The notes beneath the pieces were generated by a model, which was not told the DNA's origin, did not search any database, and was given only the letters and a program-made list of their open reading frames with translations. Shown here piece after piece: positions 12,198 to 23,770 of a stretch of 64,000 nt of DNA. The stretch covers positions 11,904,001 through 11,968,000 of the forward strand of contig JAQFVV010000005.1 of the NCBI GenBank assembly GCA_028023455.1. The letters run 5' to 3'. The position numbers were made by a program, and so were the translations under genes. Position 1 is the stretch's first letter. Each line of letters begins with the position of its first letter. This stretch comes from Epiperipatus broadwayi. Taxonomy: Eukaryota > Animalia > Onychophora.

Positions 12198-13856
12198 ATG
12201 GATAATAGATTACTTGAAGATATTATGTGTAATGCTTTTCTAGATGAGAAATGCTTGAATGGCCAGTTACATAATTTCAAAACTGAGCAAATGGATGAAG
12301 AAAACATATATACAATAATTGATGCAGAAAAACCAACTTTCCAGTGCAGTATTTGTGATTATAAGACTGCTGTGAAACAAAGATTAATAGTTCATGAAAG
12401 AATACATACCGGAGAAAAACCATTCCATTGCAGTTTGTGTGATTTTAAGACTGCTGTCAAAAATAGATTAAAAATCCATGGAAGTATACATACGGGAGAG
12501 AAACCTTACAATTGTAGCTTTTGTGACTATAAAACTGCAGCAAAAAACAAATTACAAATGCATGAAATAACACATACAGGAGAGCAGCCTTTCCACTGCA
12601 ATTTGTGTGATTACAAAACTGCTACAAAGTATAGATTGCAAAAACATGAGAAAGTACACACAGGAGACAAACCTTTCCTTTGTGCCTTCTGCGATTACAA
12701 AACTGTGGAAAGATATCGATTAAAAATCCATGAAAGAATACATACAGGAGAACAGCCATATGAATGTGGTTTATGTGATTACAAGACTGCTATAAAAAAT
12801 ATGTTAACAATTCATAGAACTATGCATACAGGAGAGAAACCTTTCCATTGCAATTTTTGTAATTACAGGACTGCTGTAAGAAATAGACTGAAAATGCATG
12901 AGAGAACACATACAGGTGAAAAACCTTTCTATTGCAATTTTTGTGATTACAGGACTGCTGTGAAAAACAGTTTAAGAATTCATAAAATCACTCACACAGG
13001 AGAAAAACCTTTTGTATGTAACTTATGTGATTATAAGACTGGAGTTAGAAATGATTTAAAGTTGCATTCAAGAAAACATACTGGAGAAAAACCGTTCCAC
13101 TGTAACTGCTGTGATTACAAGACAGCTGTTAAAAATAGATTAAAACTGCATGAAAGAACACACACAGGTGAAAAACCTTTCCACTGCAGCTTGTGTAATT
13201 ATAAGACTGCTGTGAAAAACAGTCTAAATCTTCATAGAAGCATACATACAGGAGAGAAACCTTTCCATTGCAGTTTGTGTGATTACAAGACAGCTATAAA
13301 AAATAGAGTGAAAATGCATGAGAGAACTCATACAGGAGAAAAACCTTTCCAGTGCCATTTGTGCGACTACATGACTACAGAGAAAAGAAATTTGAAAGTA
13401 CATAAAACAATCCATACAGGAGAAAAGCCTTTTCATTGCACCATATGTAATTATAAAACTGCTGTAAAAAATGATTTAAAAAGACACGATAGAATACACA
13501 CAGGAGAAAAACCATTTCGCTGCAATTTATGTGAATATAAGACTGCTGACAAAAAATGTTTAAAAATACATGAAAGATCACATATGAAAGGTCAACATTT
13601 TTTCTGCAGCTTATGTCCTTATGAAGTATTTTCTGAAAATACTTCGACAAAATTTAAAAAATGTAATCACGTAACACATATCCCCAGGTTTGATCAAGAT
13701 AAACCAGAAAAATACACTCAGGAATGTTACAGTATTAAAATATTCAAATGTCATTTGTGTGATTATAAGGACACCGAGAAATATATTGTTGAAAATCACG
13801 AAGTTAGTCATTTCAATGATCATGACACTATTGAGATTCTCTTACGATTCAAGTAA
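12198..13856 (+). CDS. Tandem C2H2 zinc-finger protein (552 aa; 15 consecutive fingers, 1 degenerate, 1 C-terminal finger)
   Basis: Uninterrupted ORF of CxxCDYKT..K..L..H...H repeats joined by TGEKPF linkers. No KRAB/SCAN/ZAD/BTB domain is visible in the short N-terminus; upstream exons cannot be excluded. Confidence 0.95.
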   Translation: MDNRLLEDIMCNAFLDEKCLNGQLHNFKTEQMDEENIYTIIDAEKPTFQCSICDYKTAVKQRLIVHERIHTGEKPFHCSLCDFKTAVKNRLKIHGSIHTGEKPYNCSFCDYKTAAKNKLQMHEITHTGEQPFHCNLCDYKTATKYRLQKHEKVHTGDKPFLCAFCDYKTVERYRLKIHERIHTGEQPYECGLCDYKTAIKNMLTIHRTMHTGEKPFHCNFCNYRTAVRNRLKMHERTHTGEKPFYCNFCDYRTAVKNSLRIHKITHTGEKPFVCNLCDYKTGVRNDLKLHSRKHTGEKPFHCNCCDYKTAVKNRLKLHERTHTGEKPFHCSLCNYKTAVKNSLNLHRSIHTGEKPFHCSLCDYKTAIKNRVKMHERTHTGEKPFQCHLCDYMTTEKRNLKVHKTIHTGEKPFHCTICNYKTAVKNDLKRHDRIHTGEKPFRCNLCEYKTADKKCLKIHERSHMKGQHFFCSLCPYEVFSENTSTKFKKCNHVTHIPRFDQDKPEKYTQECYSIKIFKCHLCDYKDTEKYIVENHEVSHFNDHDTIEILLRFK

Positions 13857-13966
13857 CAATTTACATTTTCACAATTAAAATATGTAGAATATTTTGGGGA
13901 AACACATAACAATTGAGAGAAAGAAAAAGTGATCAAGAAATTTTCCAAGTTATTAGAATCAACTTT

Positions 13967-14250
13967 CTGTGTAGTAAATCGAAAGATTTCACGCTGTATG
14001 TTTGTAATTTGAATTCAGTGAATTGAGTGTGATGATATTTAAGATTCACGCTTTCAAATATAACTACTTTGGACTGGCTTGGATATATATTAAGACAAGT
14101 TAAGAAGAGAGTGGAACTGCTCTTTTCTTATTAAAATTCTCTGTCCCAGTGCTTAATATTTGATTGGTTGGTTGTAGTCATAAGCGCTTGAGAGATTTGC
14201 ACTCTCTCAATTATTTCAATATCCACTGTGCTTTATAAAAATAATATTAT
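13967..14250 (+). mobile_element. Family E single-arm copy inserted about 110 bp after the ZNF gene 1 stop codon
   Basis: Matches the reverse complement of 50800-51050 (GATTTCACGCTGTA...GACTGGCTTGGATATATA...GAGAGATTTGCACTCTCTCA). Absent at the paralogous site after TTAGAATCAACTTTC (~37992-38006). Confidence 0.7.
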
Positions 14251-15917
14251 TTACATAAATTGCTAAAGTAGATCAGATTAAAGTTAAAGTGAGACAAAAC
14301 CGAGACTTCTGGGAAATGATTATTGGTAATGTTTTATACAGTGTATGTTTTTTAACAAGATATATTTATTAAATAATAAGTCTTTACTTATTTCAATTAT
14401 TCTAACACTTTTATTATATTTTGATACATAATATTAAATCATTGGCAAAGGTAATTCAAATGTCATGCGTTAAAAGTGACAGATATTAACAACTAATCAG
14501 TAAATAATACAGAAGAGATTTTTTAAAATCATTATTTGTAAAACAGTATAGTTATTTGATTTAAGGAAGTGAAATTTTGTGTCGATAGTTTTTGCTAAAA
14601 TAATTGACCTTATTGAAAAGTATATTCGTGTACCACAGAAAATACTATGAAGAATTTAATATCAGTACAAGTTTTTCAGGATGTGAATTTGCTAATGATA
14701 ATTAAGACCATGATAGTGCCTTGTATTTAGCCCTTGGTGTTTGTTTTGATATCAAACATAACAAAAGAAATAGTGATGATAACTTTTGCTTTTCCATGTT
14801 CATCCCAGATAAATATTAAATGTAAATAAGTCATTCCATGATCATTGCAAAAATGTTCAAACAGACGTTTGGGATGATGTGTCAAGAAAACAATTCTATT
14901 TAAGATGTTATTTTTAATGAAGAATATGAACTCAGATACTCTCACCTAACATGATAATTATTACCATAAAGTTTGACTTGCTGATGCTTAAAACTATTAG
15001 TTAACTACTAATACTAACTACTGAGAAAATTCTGAAATTTATAATTAATCATTTCCAATTCATGCTCTATCTCCAGCTTTTAACAAAATATTGAATAATT
15101 AATTGTTTGGGAAGTCATATAATATTCAAATTCCCAAATAGCAGTTTGAGTTTTGAACTATCAAAATCATTAATATTTAACAGAATTATTCATTATATGA
15201 AAGATGCTTTTAATGTGTTTAGTCAGGCACTGTTAAGCATTGATATTCACCAAAAATAGAACAAACTCTCAAATTTCATTTAAAGTTTATATCTGAAAAG
15301 ATTTTAGATCGTGCTCATATTTTGTAATGAGGAATGTTCCCATGCAGGCCAGAAACTTTTGTTGTTGCCTGCTATATAACTGAAGCTATATAATTTTATC
15401 TGATCTGCTGATTGTCATAAACAAGGAGAGACATTTTAAAAAAAATTAATAATTTTGAGAAGGAAAATGTTAATGCTTGTTAATACAAGTCTTTATAAGC
15501 TGTTCTTATGATTCTGCCATAGTGGACAAAAAATCATATTTATAATTCAAAGAAAGTAGGTCTTTTAGTACCAGTGAGGATGAAAATTATTAAATGTTGG
15601 TAAATATAGTATGCTTTAATTTCCCATTAAAATAACCTAAGAATTTCAATGATTATAGTCTTTTTCTTAACTATGTTTGGTAAAATCTTAAAAGCTAGCT
15701 ATTCTTTTAGTCCACCTTGTGGTGAATGAATCAGCCTTAGTGTATGATAAGATTCAGATTGTATGTTAATTAGAATGTTTATGCTTTGAAGTTTGTAGAA
15801 GGACTCCAGTATATTTGGTGTATTTTCAGAATCTTAGCAATCTTTGACAAAATTAATATCACTTATGTTAATGCTGATCTTCCTATTGTATCGTGCATTA
15901 TTCTTGGTTGTTTTCTA

Positions 15918-15944
15918 ATTATTATTATTATTATTATTATTATT
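15918..15944 (+). repeat. (ATT)9 microsatellite
   Basis: Directly visible. Confidence 0.9.
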
Positions 15945-16111
15945 ATGAATCATGCTTCATCTAGAGTGCAAACTCACAACATTTTTTTTAAATTGTTTCA
16001 GTTTGAAATTAAATAAATTTAAAAAATAATGTGCAGTCATTCACTGCCAAACCTATCAACTATAAACTTGAATAATTTATTGTTATGAAATAGTAGTAAA
16101 ATATCCATACT

Positions 16112-16278
16112 AGCAAGCATCACATGATCACATCTCCAATACTAGCATATAATTGTTTATAAACAAAGCAAAGCAAAACTTCATATAGTAGTGCCACCTG
16201 TGCTAAACAGGCGTCCATTGATTACTCTGTTTAGCACAGGTGGCACTACTATATGGAGTTTTGCTTTGCTTTGTTTAT
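16112..16278. mobile_element. Family B miniature fold-back (167 bp, no ribozyme)
   Basis: Near-perfect arms ATAAACAAAGCAAAGCAAAACTTCATATAGTAGTGCCACCTGTGCTAAACAG / CTGTTTAGCACAGGTGGCACTACTATATGGAGTTTTGCTTTGCTTTGTTTAT. 47-nt left tail containing TCACATGA. Perfect 13-bp TSD AAATATCCATACT (16099-16111, 16279-16291). Confidence 0.9.
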
Positions 16279-16759
16279 AAATATCCATACTCTCAGACAA
16301 TTTTCTGGCTATTTATCTTTCTCAGTGAGATGCACTTGATTTGCGATGAATAATATAAAAGTGAATATTATATGTCTGGAAGTAAATTCAATGCTCATTA
16401 TCAATGTAAAGCAATAGTCAAAAACAGACCTTAAATGTGGATACAATACAATTTGACGATAAAGATTGTTGACATTTTCTCTATCATGAAAACAATTACA
16501 TCAAAAAAATTTTCACAACTTGGATGTATAAAAGTACATATTAGAAATAAATTGAACTTTATGCCAAAATAATATAATATTTATTTTAGTTTTATAAAAC
16601 ATCATACATATCAACTTATACATATAAATAATAATCATACATAAAAGCTAGTGAGATATTTGATCTCCTACATCAATGTTTGTTTGCAAATTAGTTAAAG
16701 TTGGATGAAAAGTCGAACCTATGGTTAAAGTTTTTAAAACTGTTTCATAATCAATTAGT

Positions 16760-16893
16760 ACATTGTACAGGCTTAAACCTGCATTTATATATGTAATATA
16801 TGCAGGGTTCGAACTCAGACTTTCACATGACCCACCACTCTCAGTGCCCTGAGAGTGGTGGGTCATGGGAAAGTCTGAGTTCGAACCCCGCAT
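16760..16893. mobile_element. Family A miniature fold-back (134 bp, no ribozyme)
   Basis: Near-perfect hairpin of about 45 bp with a 4-nt loop TGCC. About 40-nt left tail containing CAGGCTTAAACCTG. Perfect 13-bp TSD ATAATCAATTAGT (16747-16759, 16894-16906). Confidence 0.9.
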
Positions 16894-19338
16894 ATAATCA
16901 ATTAGTGTAAATATTTTAATGATACAATGGAAAGTGATACGGAACATGAATCTTAATTTATTTTCTGTAAAATTTTATTTAATAATTGAAATTCTTATGT
17001 TCAACATATATTGCAAGATTTCTTTTCTAATTTGCAATATTTTGTTTGAAAATGTTGGTTCATAACATACCGATATTTAATTTCATGAGAAATTAACATA
17101 TTATTTTTGGAGACCACAACTGAAAGGCTGATCTATTGTCCAATGATTATTCTAGCTTAAAATAGCTGGTTCAGCTGTAGACTAAATACAATGAATTATT
17201 TCTAACCCAGATTTGAAAATAAACATGAAGTCATGGGATGCTTTGTTTAATTAAAAACTTAGTAGGTAAGATTGCTCCAACATTAAGGCAAGATAACATT
17301 TGATTTGGCTTATCTTGTTTTAAGAGCTCTATAGACTGATGTTTTAAATTTGACCCACAAGAATCAAGCAGGACTATAAATAAGGAATTGTTAATGGACA
17401 TTATCATTTAAAACAATATCACTGATTATTATTGATGCTACTAAAGTAAAAATGTATACTTGTTTTTTAAGAAAAGTGATAAATTAGCCAGCTTATGATT
17501 AATAATGGATGGTATTGAAATACATGTTTTCTTTCAATTTCCACTTTTACAGGTAAAAAAAATAAAAGTATATCTGTTGTATTGAATTCATAAGAGAGCC
17601 CAGAGATCTTACTCCCCACAAGCAATGGATGAGACTGTAATCATTGTTCTCACTGTTTAAATTATTTGCAATAGCAATAACAATAAAAATATATTCTGGT
17701 GGTGTTTTTATTATTAATGTTAAAGAAACTGAACTTTATTTCAAAATCAAATGGATTGAAAATTCAGTAGCATTTATTGAACAAATAAATAACAAACCAG
17801 GAAAATGTTAATTAGTCAGGGAACATTTAACAAATATTTAGCTCAATTCTGTGACATCAAATACAAGTATTAAAATCTTTCTCCAAAGACAATGTGTTTT
17901 TCATCTGTAAAAAAAAATAAAAATCCATGTCAGGCTCAAGTGCGAAATTAAAAAACCATGATATATATCATAACTTTTGATTGCCATAATTTATCAAAGC
18001 CATTAGAGAAAATGATAGACCGAAGCTGTTAATTGTGGACTTTGAGTCCTAGAGATCATCATTCTATCACTATCTAAATCATGTATAATTCAGTCATCAC
18101 TGAAGGAATTAATGAAAGTTGTTCTGAAGTTTGCAGTATAAAGATAATTTCATTAATACTTTGAGAGATAAACTCATGCATATATTATTTTGAGTGAAGC
18201 AATTTTCTAATATTTCCCTACACCCAATTTCAATAAAAGTTGGTGGCAGTGCATTGCTGACAGACAGCATTTATATATCCTAACATTTATAAAATATTCT
18301 GTTTGAAATTATAATAACCACTTTCTATCTATCAAGTCTCATTCTCTAATGTGAATTATTATATTGATAGTTCAGTTTTCAATTTAACTTGAGTATGAAT
18401 TATTTTGTAAAAGTGGTCAATTAATTTTTCACATTATTTTTCATAAGTTTCAAAACTTCCATTTCTAATTTACCCAGCAAGGCAAGATTGATGGAATGGG
18501 TTCATTAAAATCACTGATAAAATATAACATTATATGAGTGTTAAAATTGCCAAACTAGTTATCTCAATGTCCCCCCCCCCTTTCCCCCAAAAAAAAATCT
18601 TTATAAAGCCCAGTACAGAATTAACAGTTCAACTTAAGGATGCCATTTTAGCTATTTTCAAATTATATCTAGCAAATTTTTATTGGATCAATCTAACAAA
18701 ATTCTTTTATAAATTTGAATAATTAGAAATCTGAATATTATTTGAAATAGATTTTGATTTTTTTTTTTTTTTTGCTTTATTATAATCAAAAATGTGCTCA
18801 CATTTTTTATAAACATTTTTATGCTAAACCTTAGTGTATTCAACACATTTGCAACTTTGTGTTCATCAATGGTTTATCACTTGGGTCAGGTATTTCACTT
18901 AATTCATATATTCTTGAGAGTTCAATTAAACGTGTGACTGGGAATATTTTGTGATAAATATTGAGTGCTTAAATGGAGTGAAATTTTTCAACAATGGCAA
19001 AGCAGAAATAATACAAATAGAAGTTTAGGAGTAAATAGCTTAAAAATGCATCATTTAAAAATTGTTTGGTAAAGAACCAAAATTATAATGCAGCTTATTG
19101 TGGAATATATAAATGTAATATTAATACAAAGTAATCTCAATTATATATATGAAATGAAAAAAAAACATCAGGGCAATACCTCTTAAAATAGTGCCATTAA
19201 CACATTAATTTCAAGTAAAACCATGATGAAAAATATTAATTATTAAAAGAAGTATTTCATTATTTATTAGTTATTCTGCTGCTGTAAATGTTGATTATCT
19301 GCTTGACCTCTATAAAAATATAAATGATAGTGAGGTGA

Positions 19339-19633
19339 CAAAAAAAAAAATCAAGTCAGATGTCACATGACTTAACTTAATAAGCTTGTATTTACAAATG
19401 TTATATATAGAGCTTGCAAAATAAGCTCTTAACAAGCTTTGAGAATATCCTCAACCCCAGACCAATTTCTGCTTCTATACATTAGATAAAGTGCTGGACT
19501 TGTCCTGATATTTTTAATCTAATGCTTGAATATCCTGGCATCTCACTGATGACGCCAGAAGCAGAAAATTGTCTGGGGGTGAGGATATTCTCAAAGCTTG
19601 TTAAGAACTCATTTTGTGAGCTCTATATATAAC
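19339..19633. mobile_element. Family C hammerhead-bearing fold-back insertion
   Basis: Inverted arms ~19400-19478 / ~19556-19633. Left tail of about 61 nt containing TCACATGA. Direct repeat ATGATAGTGAGGTGA (19324-19338) / ATGATAGTGAAGTGA (19634-19648). Confidence 0.85.
19541..19578 (+). ncRNA. Partly degenerate minimal hammerhead ribozyme (family C)
   Basis: TCTCA-CTGATGA-CGC(cagaa)GCA-GAAA-ATT-GTC^TGGGG: core intact, stems II and III mismatched. Confidence 0.6.
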
Positions 19634-19699
19634 ATGATAGTGAAGTGAAATGATCAAAACTATTATCAGAAATCTCTTTGAAGGGGATTTAATTAGTGA

Positions 19700-21300
19700 A
19701 GTAGGTGAAAGTAAGTTCACCTAATTAGAAGATGAATTTAATATCATTGTAAACAGAATAGTGCAAATTGAAATAACTTTCTTTAGTAATATTTATGAGG
19801 TAGTGCCTGCATATTTAGATTTTGTAGAATTAGAAAAGTGCAGCAAATTGTTAAGGCAGTAAAATCTGAATTGCTTAGATGATTGAAAATGGAAGATATT
19901 ATTTACACACAGATACTGCGAGTTAGCTGTGACTCATGTTTTTTCAGAATGTTTTCTAAAAAGTTTAAAATTTATTATATCTGAGACATATAAATGGTTT
20001 GTGTATGCAAAACATTTCTAAAAATTTCTATAAACTGCATAACAAGATAGTTATCCTTAGAATTTGTTGAGATAAGAACTATTTCTTAGTGATAGAATTA
20101 AAAAAACACATTGAAATCCGAAGAATTTTGAAAAAAAGGTTGTGCAATACAATTAGCTTGAAAGGTTGATATTTGAATGTAATACTTGAAGAAGTATAGT
20201 GTATGAATAAATTGCAAATATAACAAAGATGATAAACTAAAATTGTTGGATGGCTTAACATTGCTTGTGAAATCTAAATTAATATTTCATCTTTTAATAG
20301 TGATTTATTGACTTGCAACATAGAAGAGTTCCTAGATGCTAAGTTATATTTAGGCTATAAATTTGGAACATAAATCTTTATAATGAAATTGGGAAATGTG
20401 AGAATAGAATGGAACTAATGAAACAGCTTTTATTAAAATTGAATAGGGGAAAAAAGAACTGCTAGGGTAATTAATTGGATAATAAGTAAGTGAATTTATT
20501 ATGGAATCTTGAACTTGTTTAATAGGGGTTTACAGCATGTAGCATATGACAGAAACTTCCTGCTTCTTTAAAGAAAAGTCATTTTTCAGCACATCAGTAA
20601 TTGCACCTTCAGGAAAGTTCAATATCATGACACTAAGATTTGAGGAAGGAGGTCATTTTGATATTAGGTATGGGTAAACAATAGAAAGAAAACTTTTATG
20701 TTCATGTGGCTACTGATTTTAGATTTAGCATCAAGTTCTAAAATTACCTGAGCATTATAAAAAATGAGCCTATTTCTTTTCAGTATTTATTAAAGAAGTA
20801 AAATCAGTTTTGTGCAATGGATATTATATATATTTTATCACTAGATTGGGAACAATTTTTTAGATGTTATTGGAGAAAGAAAAAAAAACCTATATCTTAA
20901 CCAAACAGTTCATTCCGTCATAGAGAAATGACAAATATAAAAATAATCTTTATTTTATTAATCTTAAAGGATAGATTTTAATCTTAAAAACAGATTGTAT
21001 AAAAAGATAAAAAATTCGTAAAGACAATTAGTAGTGCGAGCAGAAAGACTCAAAAAAAAAAAATTGACAGGAACTGTATGGGTCTGTTGAGAAAGATATA
21101 ATTAGTAAGGCAATTATTTTTATAAGCTATAAAATACAATGAAGCAGGTTAATAATAACCATGAAAATATCGGTAACATTGATGAAGATTGGCATGACAA
21201 GAATGATGAAGTAAGAGTCATATCATTGATTAGTAAAGTCACTGAGGAATGAGAAGTTATCCTAAATATGAGAATAGTTTTAAATAGAATGTTGAATTTA
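19700..21300 (+). pseudogene. Possible heavily decayed DNA-transposon (MULE-like) coding remnant
   Basis: Only scattered cues: LCSCGY at ~20697-20714 (SWIM-like CxC) and GTVWVC at ~21069-21086 (PHD-like). No open frame. Confidence 0.22.
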
Positions 21301-22075
21301 ATCAAAACAGAAAAAGGAGATAGATTATTTTAGTACCAAATGTAAAATCTCAAAAGCAAACTATTGGACTAGTCCCCATGTTAATTTATATGTGATTCTA
21401 AAGTGAAATAATTTTTAGAGATGACTTTTAAGAATAAGTATTAATTATTTTGTAAAATTGTACCAAAAATAATAATTTCAAATCGGTTTAAGTCTATTTG
21501 GTTTTAAATCATAAAACGAAAAATATAGTATTGGCTGACTAAAAAATATATAATTTTATCAAAGTTTTATAATTTTTGGATATTTATAATCAATTTTAAG
21601 CCAAAGTTTTGTTAAATATTTTCTATATGACTTACAAAAAAGTCACTACTCAGATCTTTTTTACAAATGGAAAAAAAAATTTCTGGCAAAAATTATTTAC
21701 AAATTGAGTGATTGTCCACTACCTGAAGTTTGGCACATATGAATTGTTCACAATATAAAATAAAATTAGTTACAAGCAAACACGTATAAACCTAAATTAT
21801 GTGTTTACATCTTTTATTGTAAAACTGCTCATTATATATATATTTGAGTGGAGGATAGGAATTAAAGTATAACCTGAAAAAAGGTTGGCCACTGAGAAAA
21901 TCACAATGTGAATAAACAAAAATTCATAAATAGCTATAAAATTCATAATTACTTGAAGTAGTGGACTGAAAAACTAACGATTCTGGATCAAGCATGAATT
22001 TTTAAATAACTATACATTTGAAAAATTAAAACCTGTGCTGGAAAAAAAGTCACAATTTATACTCATTAATATAAG

Positions 22076-22240
22076 TACATCAATTAATATTTTAAGAATG
22101 GAAAAAAAAAACTATTTGCTGATTTGATAATTTTAAACTTAAATACATTTACTTATAATATACATCAATTAATATTTTAAGAATGGAAAAAAAAAACTAT
22201 TTGCTGATTTGATAATTTTAAACTTAAATACATTTACTTA
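22076..22240 (+). repeat. Perfect tandem duplication of an 80-bp unit (22076-22155, 22161-22240)
   Basis: The copies appear identical, including the A10 run; 5-bp spacer. Confidence 0.95.
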
Positions 22241-22559
22241 CAATTTTTAATTAAATGTTCACGGATAACTGAAATCATGGATATGGAGATTGCAGACATG
22301 GAAGAAATTCCATATAATGACCAATATGTATTTAATTATAAACTTATTTATTATATATAGAAATAAGATATACAAATTCAGGTATTCATCAAAAAATAAA
22401 AGTAAATGTTTACAGACATGAAAAAAACAACTACTGGGAGTTTTTTAAATGCTGGCAAACGAAATAATTTATTTTTAAATGCTTTTATTGAAGTTGAAAA
22501 AATTGTTTGTTTATTTATTTGTTAACTTGTGAGAGAGTGATATAACAATTTTTTCTTTA

Positions 22560-23000
22560 ATAACATTATTTTAAAACTGATATTTAATATATTCAAGTTC
22601 AATATAACTTGTTGAAATTTTGTACATTTGTTTAAAATATCTATGAAAGTGATAGGACACATTAATTTTTTAAATAGGTGACTTAGTTTGTTAAATAAGA
22701 AGAGTGGGGTGAATATTTTAAATAATGCTCGCAATTTTATTTATGATTTAAATAATAGTTGCAAGGGCAGTATACAGACTTTTTTTTTTTAATTTAGTAA
22801 TATTTTTATAACATTTTAAAATTGATATTTAATATATTTGAGTTCAATATAACTTGTTGAAATTTTATGCATTTGTTTGAAATGTCTATGAAAGTGCTAG
22901 GACATTAATTTTATAAATAGGTGATTTAGTTTCTTAAATAGGCAGAGGGGGGAGATTTTTTTTAATAATGTTCACTATCAATTTTATTTATTATGATTGA
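22560..23000 (+). repeat. Diverged tandem duplication, period about 245 bp
   Basis: Anchor GATATTTAATAT at 22579 and 22824, with colinear similarity for about 190 bp. Confidence 0.85.
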
Positions 23001-23487
23001 AGTACTAAGAAAGTTGTTTATAATATAATTTTGTCAAACCTTTTTTACTTTTTAAATATTTTTTTTCAAACAAAAAGATAAAATGTTAACAATTTTAACC
23101 AGAAATGTTATTTATTGATTTCTTATATATATATAATTATGTACATATACTAAATATAATATATAGATAAAGAGTATAAATATTAACTTATTGTAAAAAT
23201 ATCTAGTGATATATATATACACTATGTGTGAAATTGATTTAAAGTAAAATTATATGTATTAAGTCAAGTTCATTTAGTGTTTATAAGCTTTTTTTTAAAA
23301 AAAAATAAAAAATTTCTAATCAAAGTAAAAATGTTTAACATTTTTTTCTTAAAAGAATAATTCACATTTTCAACCACTTATATACATATATTATTATTAT
23401 TATATATAATACTGAGTATGATATATACATAAGGGATATACACTTTAACTTATAGCAGAAATATGTAGTGATATATATATCAGCTAC

Positions 23488-23770
23488 AGAGATAAAAAAA
23501 AAAATTATATAAAAAAAATTGCTTCTTCAATGACAATTGAGGTTTTTAAATTTAACTCTAAATAAATGCATCGGGGAGGAGGACAGGTTCAGACATTAAT
23601 GAAGTCAATCCTTATTTTTTATAACAAGGGATTGACTTAATTAATTTATAGCCCCCCCCCACTTTTATTTCAAGTTAAATCTAAAAACTCCAATTGTAGT
23701 TGAAGAAACATTTTTTTTTTCTAGTGCACAGTCAATAAAAGCATTTAATAATAAAAATTTTTTTATCTCT
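23488..23770. repeat. Nested fold-back (MITE-like), unrelated to families A-F
   Basis: Outer arms TTGCTTCTTCAATGACAATTGAGGTTTTTAAATTTAAC / GTTAAATCTAAAAACTCCAATTGTAGTTGAAGAAACA. Inner hairpin AAGTCAATCC (23602-23611) / GGATTGACTT (23629-23638). Confidence 0.7.

Larger units (their letters stand above)
9120..15780 (+). repeat. Segmental duplication unit 1 (paralogous to ~33805-39490), containing ZNF gene 1
   Basis: Colinear shared anchors upstream (TGACTCAT..CATATGCCTGA; GATACAGTTCTA vs GGTACAGTTCTA; ACTTTCATGACA; CAATTGTTTTATTTATAAAAT; AAATCTCTCATTAAAAAA), in the CDS, and downstream (TTAGAATCAACTTTC; CCTTGTGG vs CCTGTGG). Ends approximate. Confidence 0.85.

Noticed and set aside
13224-13878. 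Antisense and alternative-frame ORFs overlapping the ZNF genes (also 36739-37056, 37647-37895, 61805-61999, 62512-62769)
   Set aside because: Shadow ORFs produced by the repetitive codon structure of the finger arrays.
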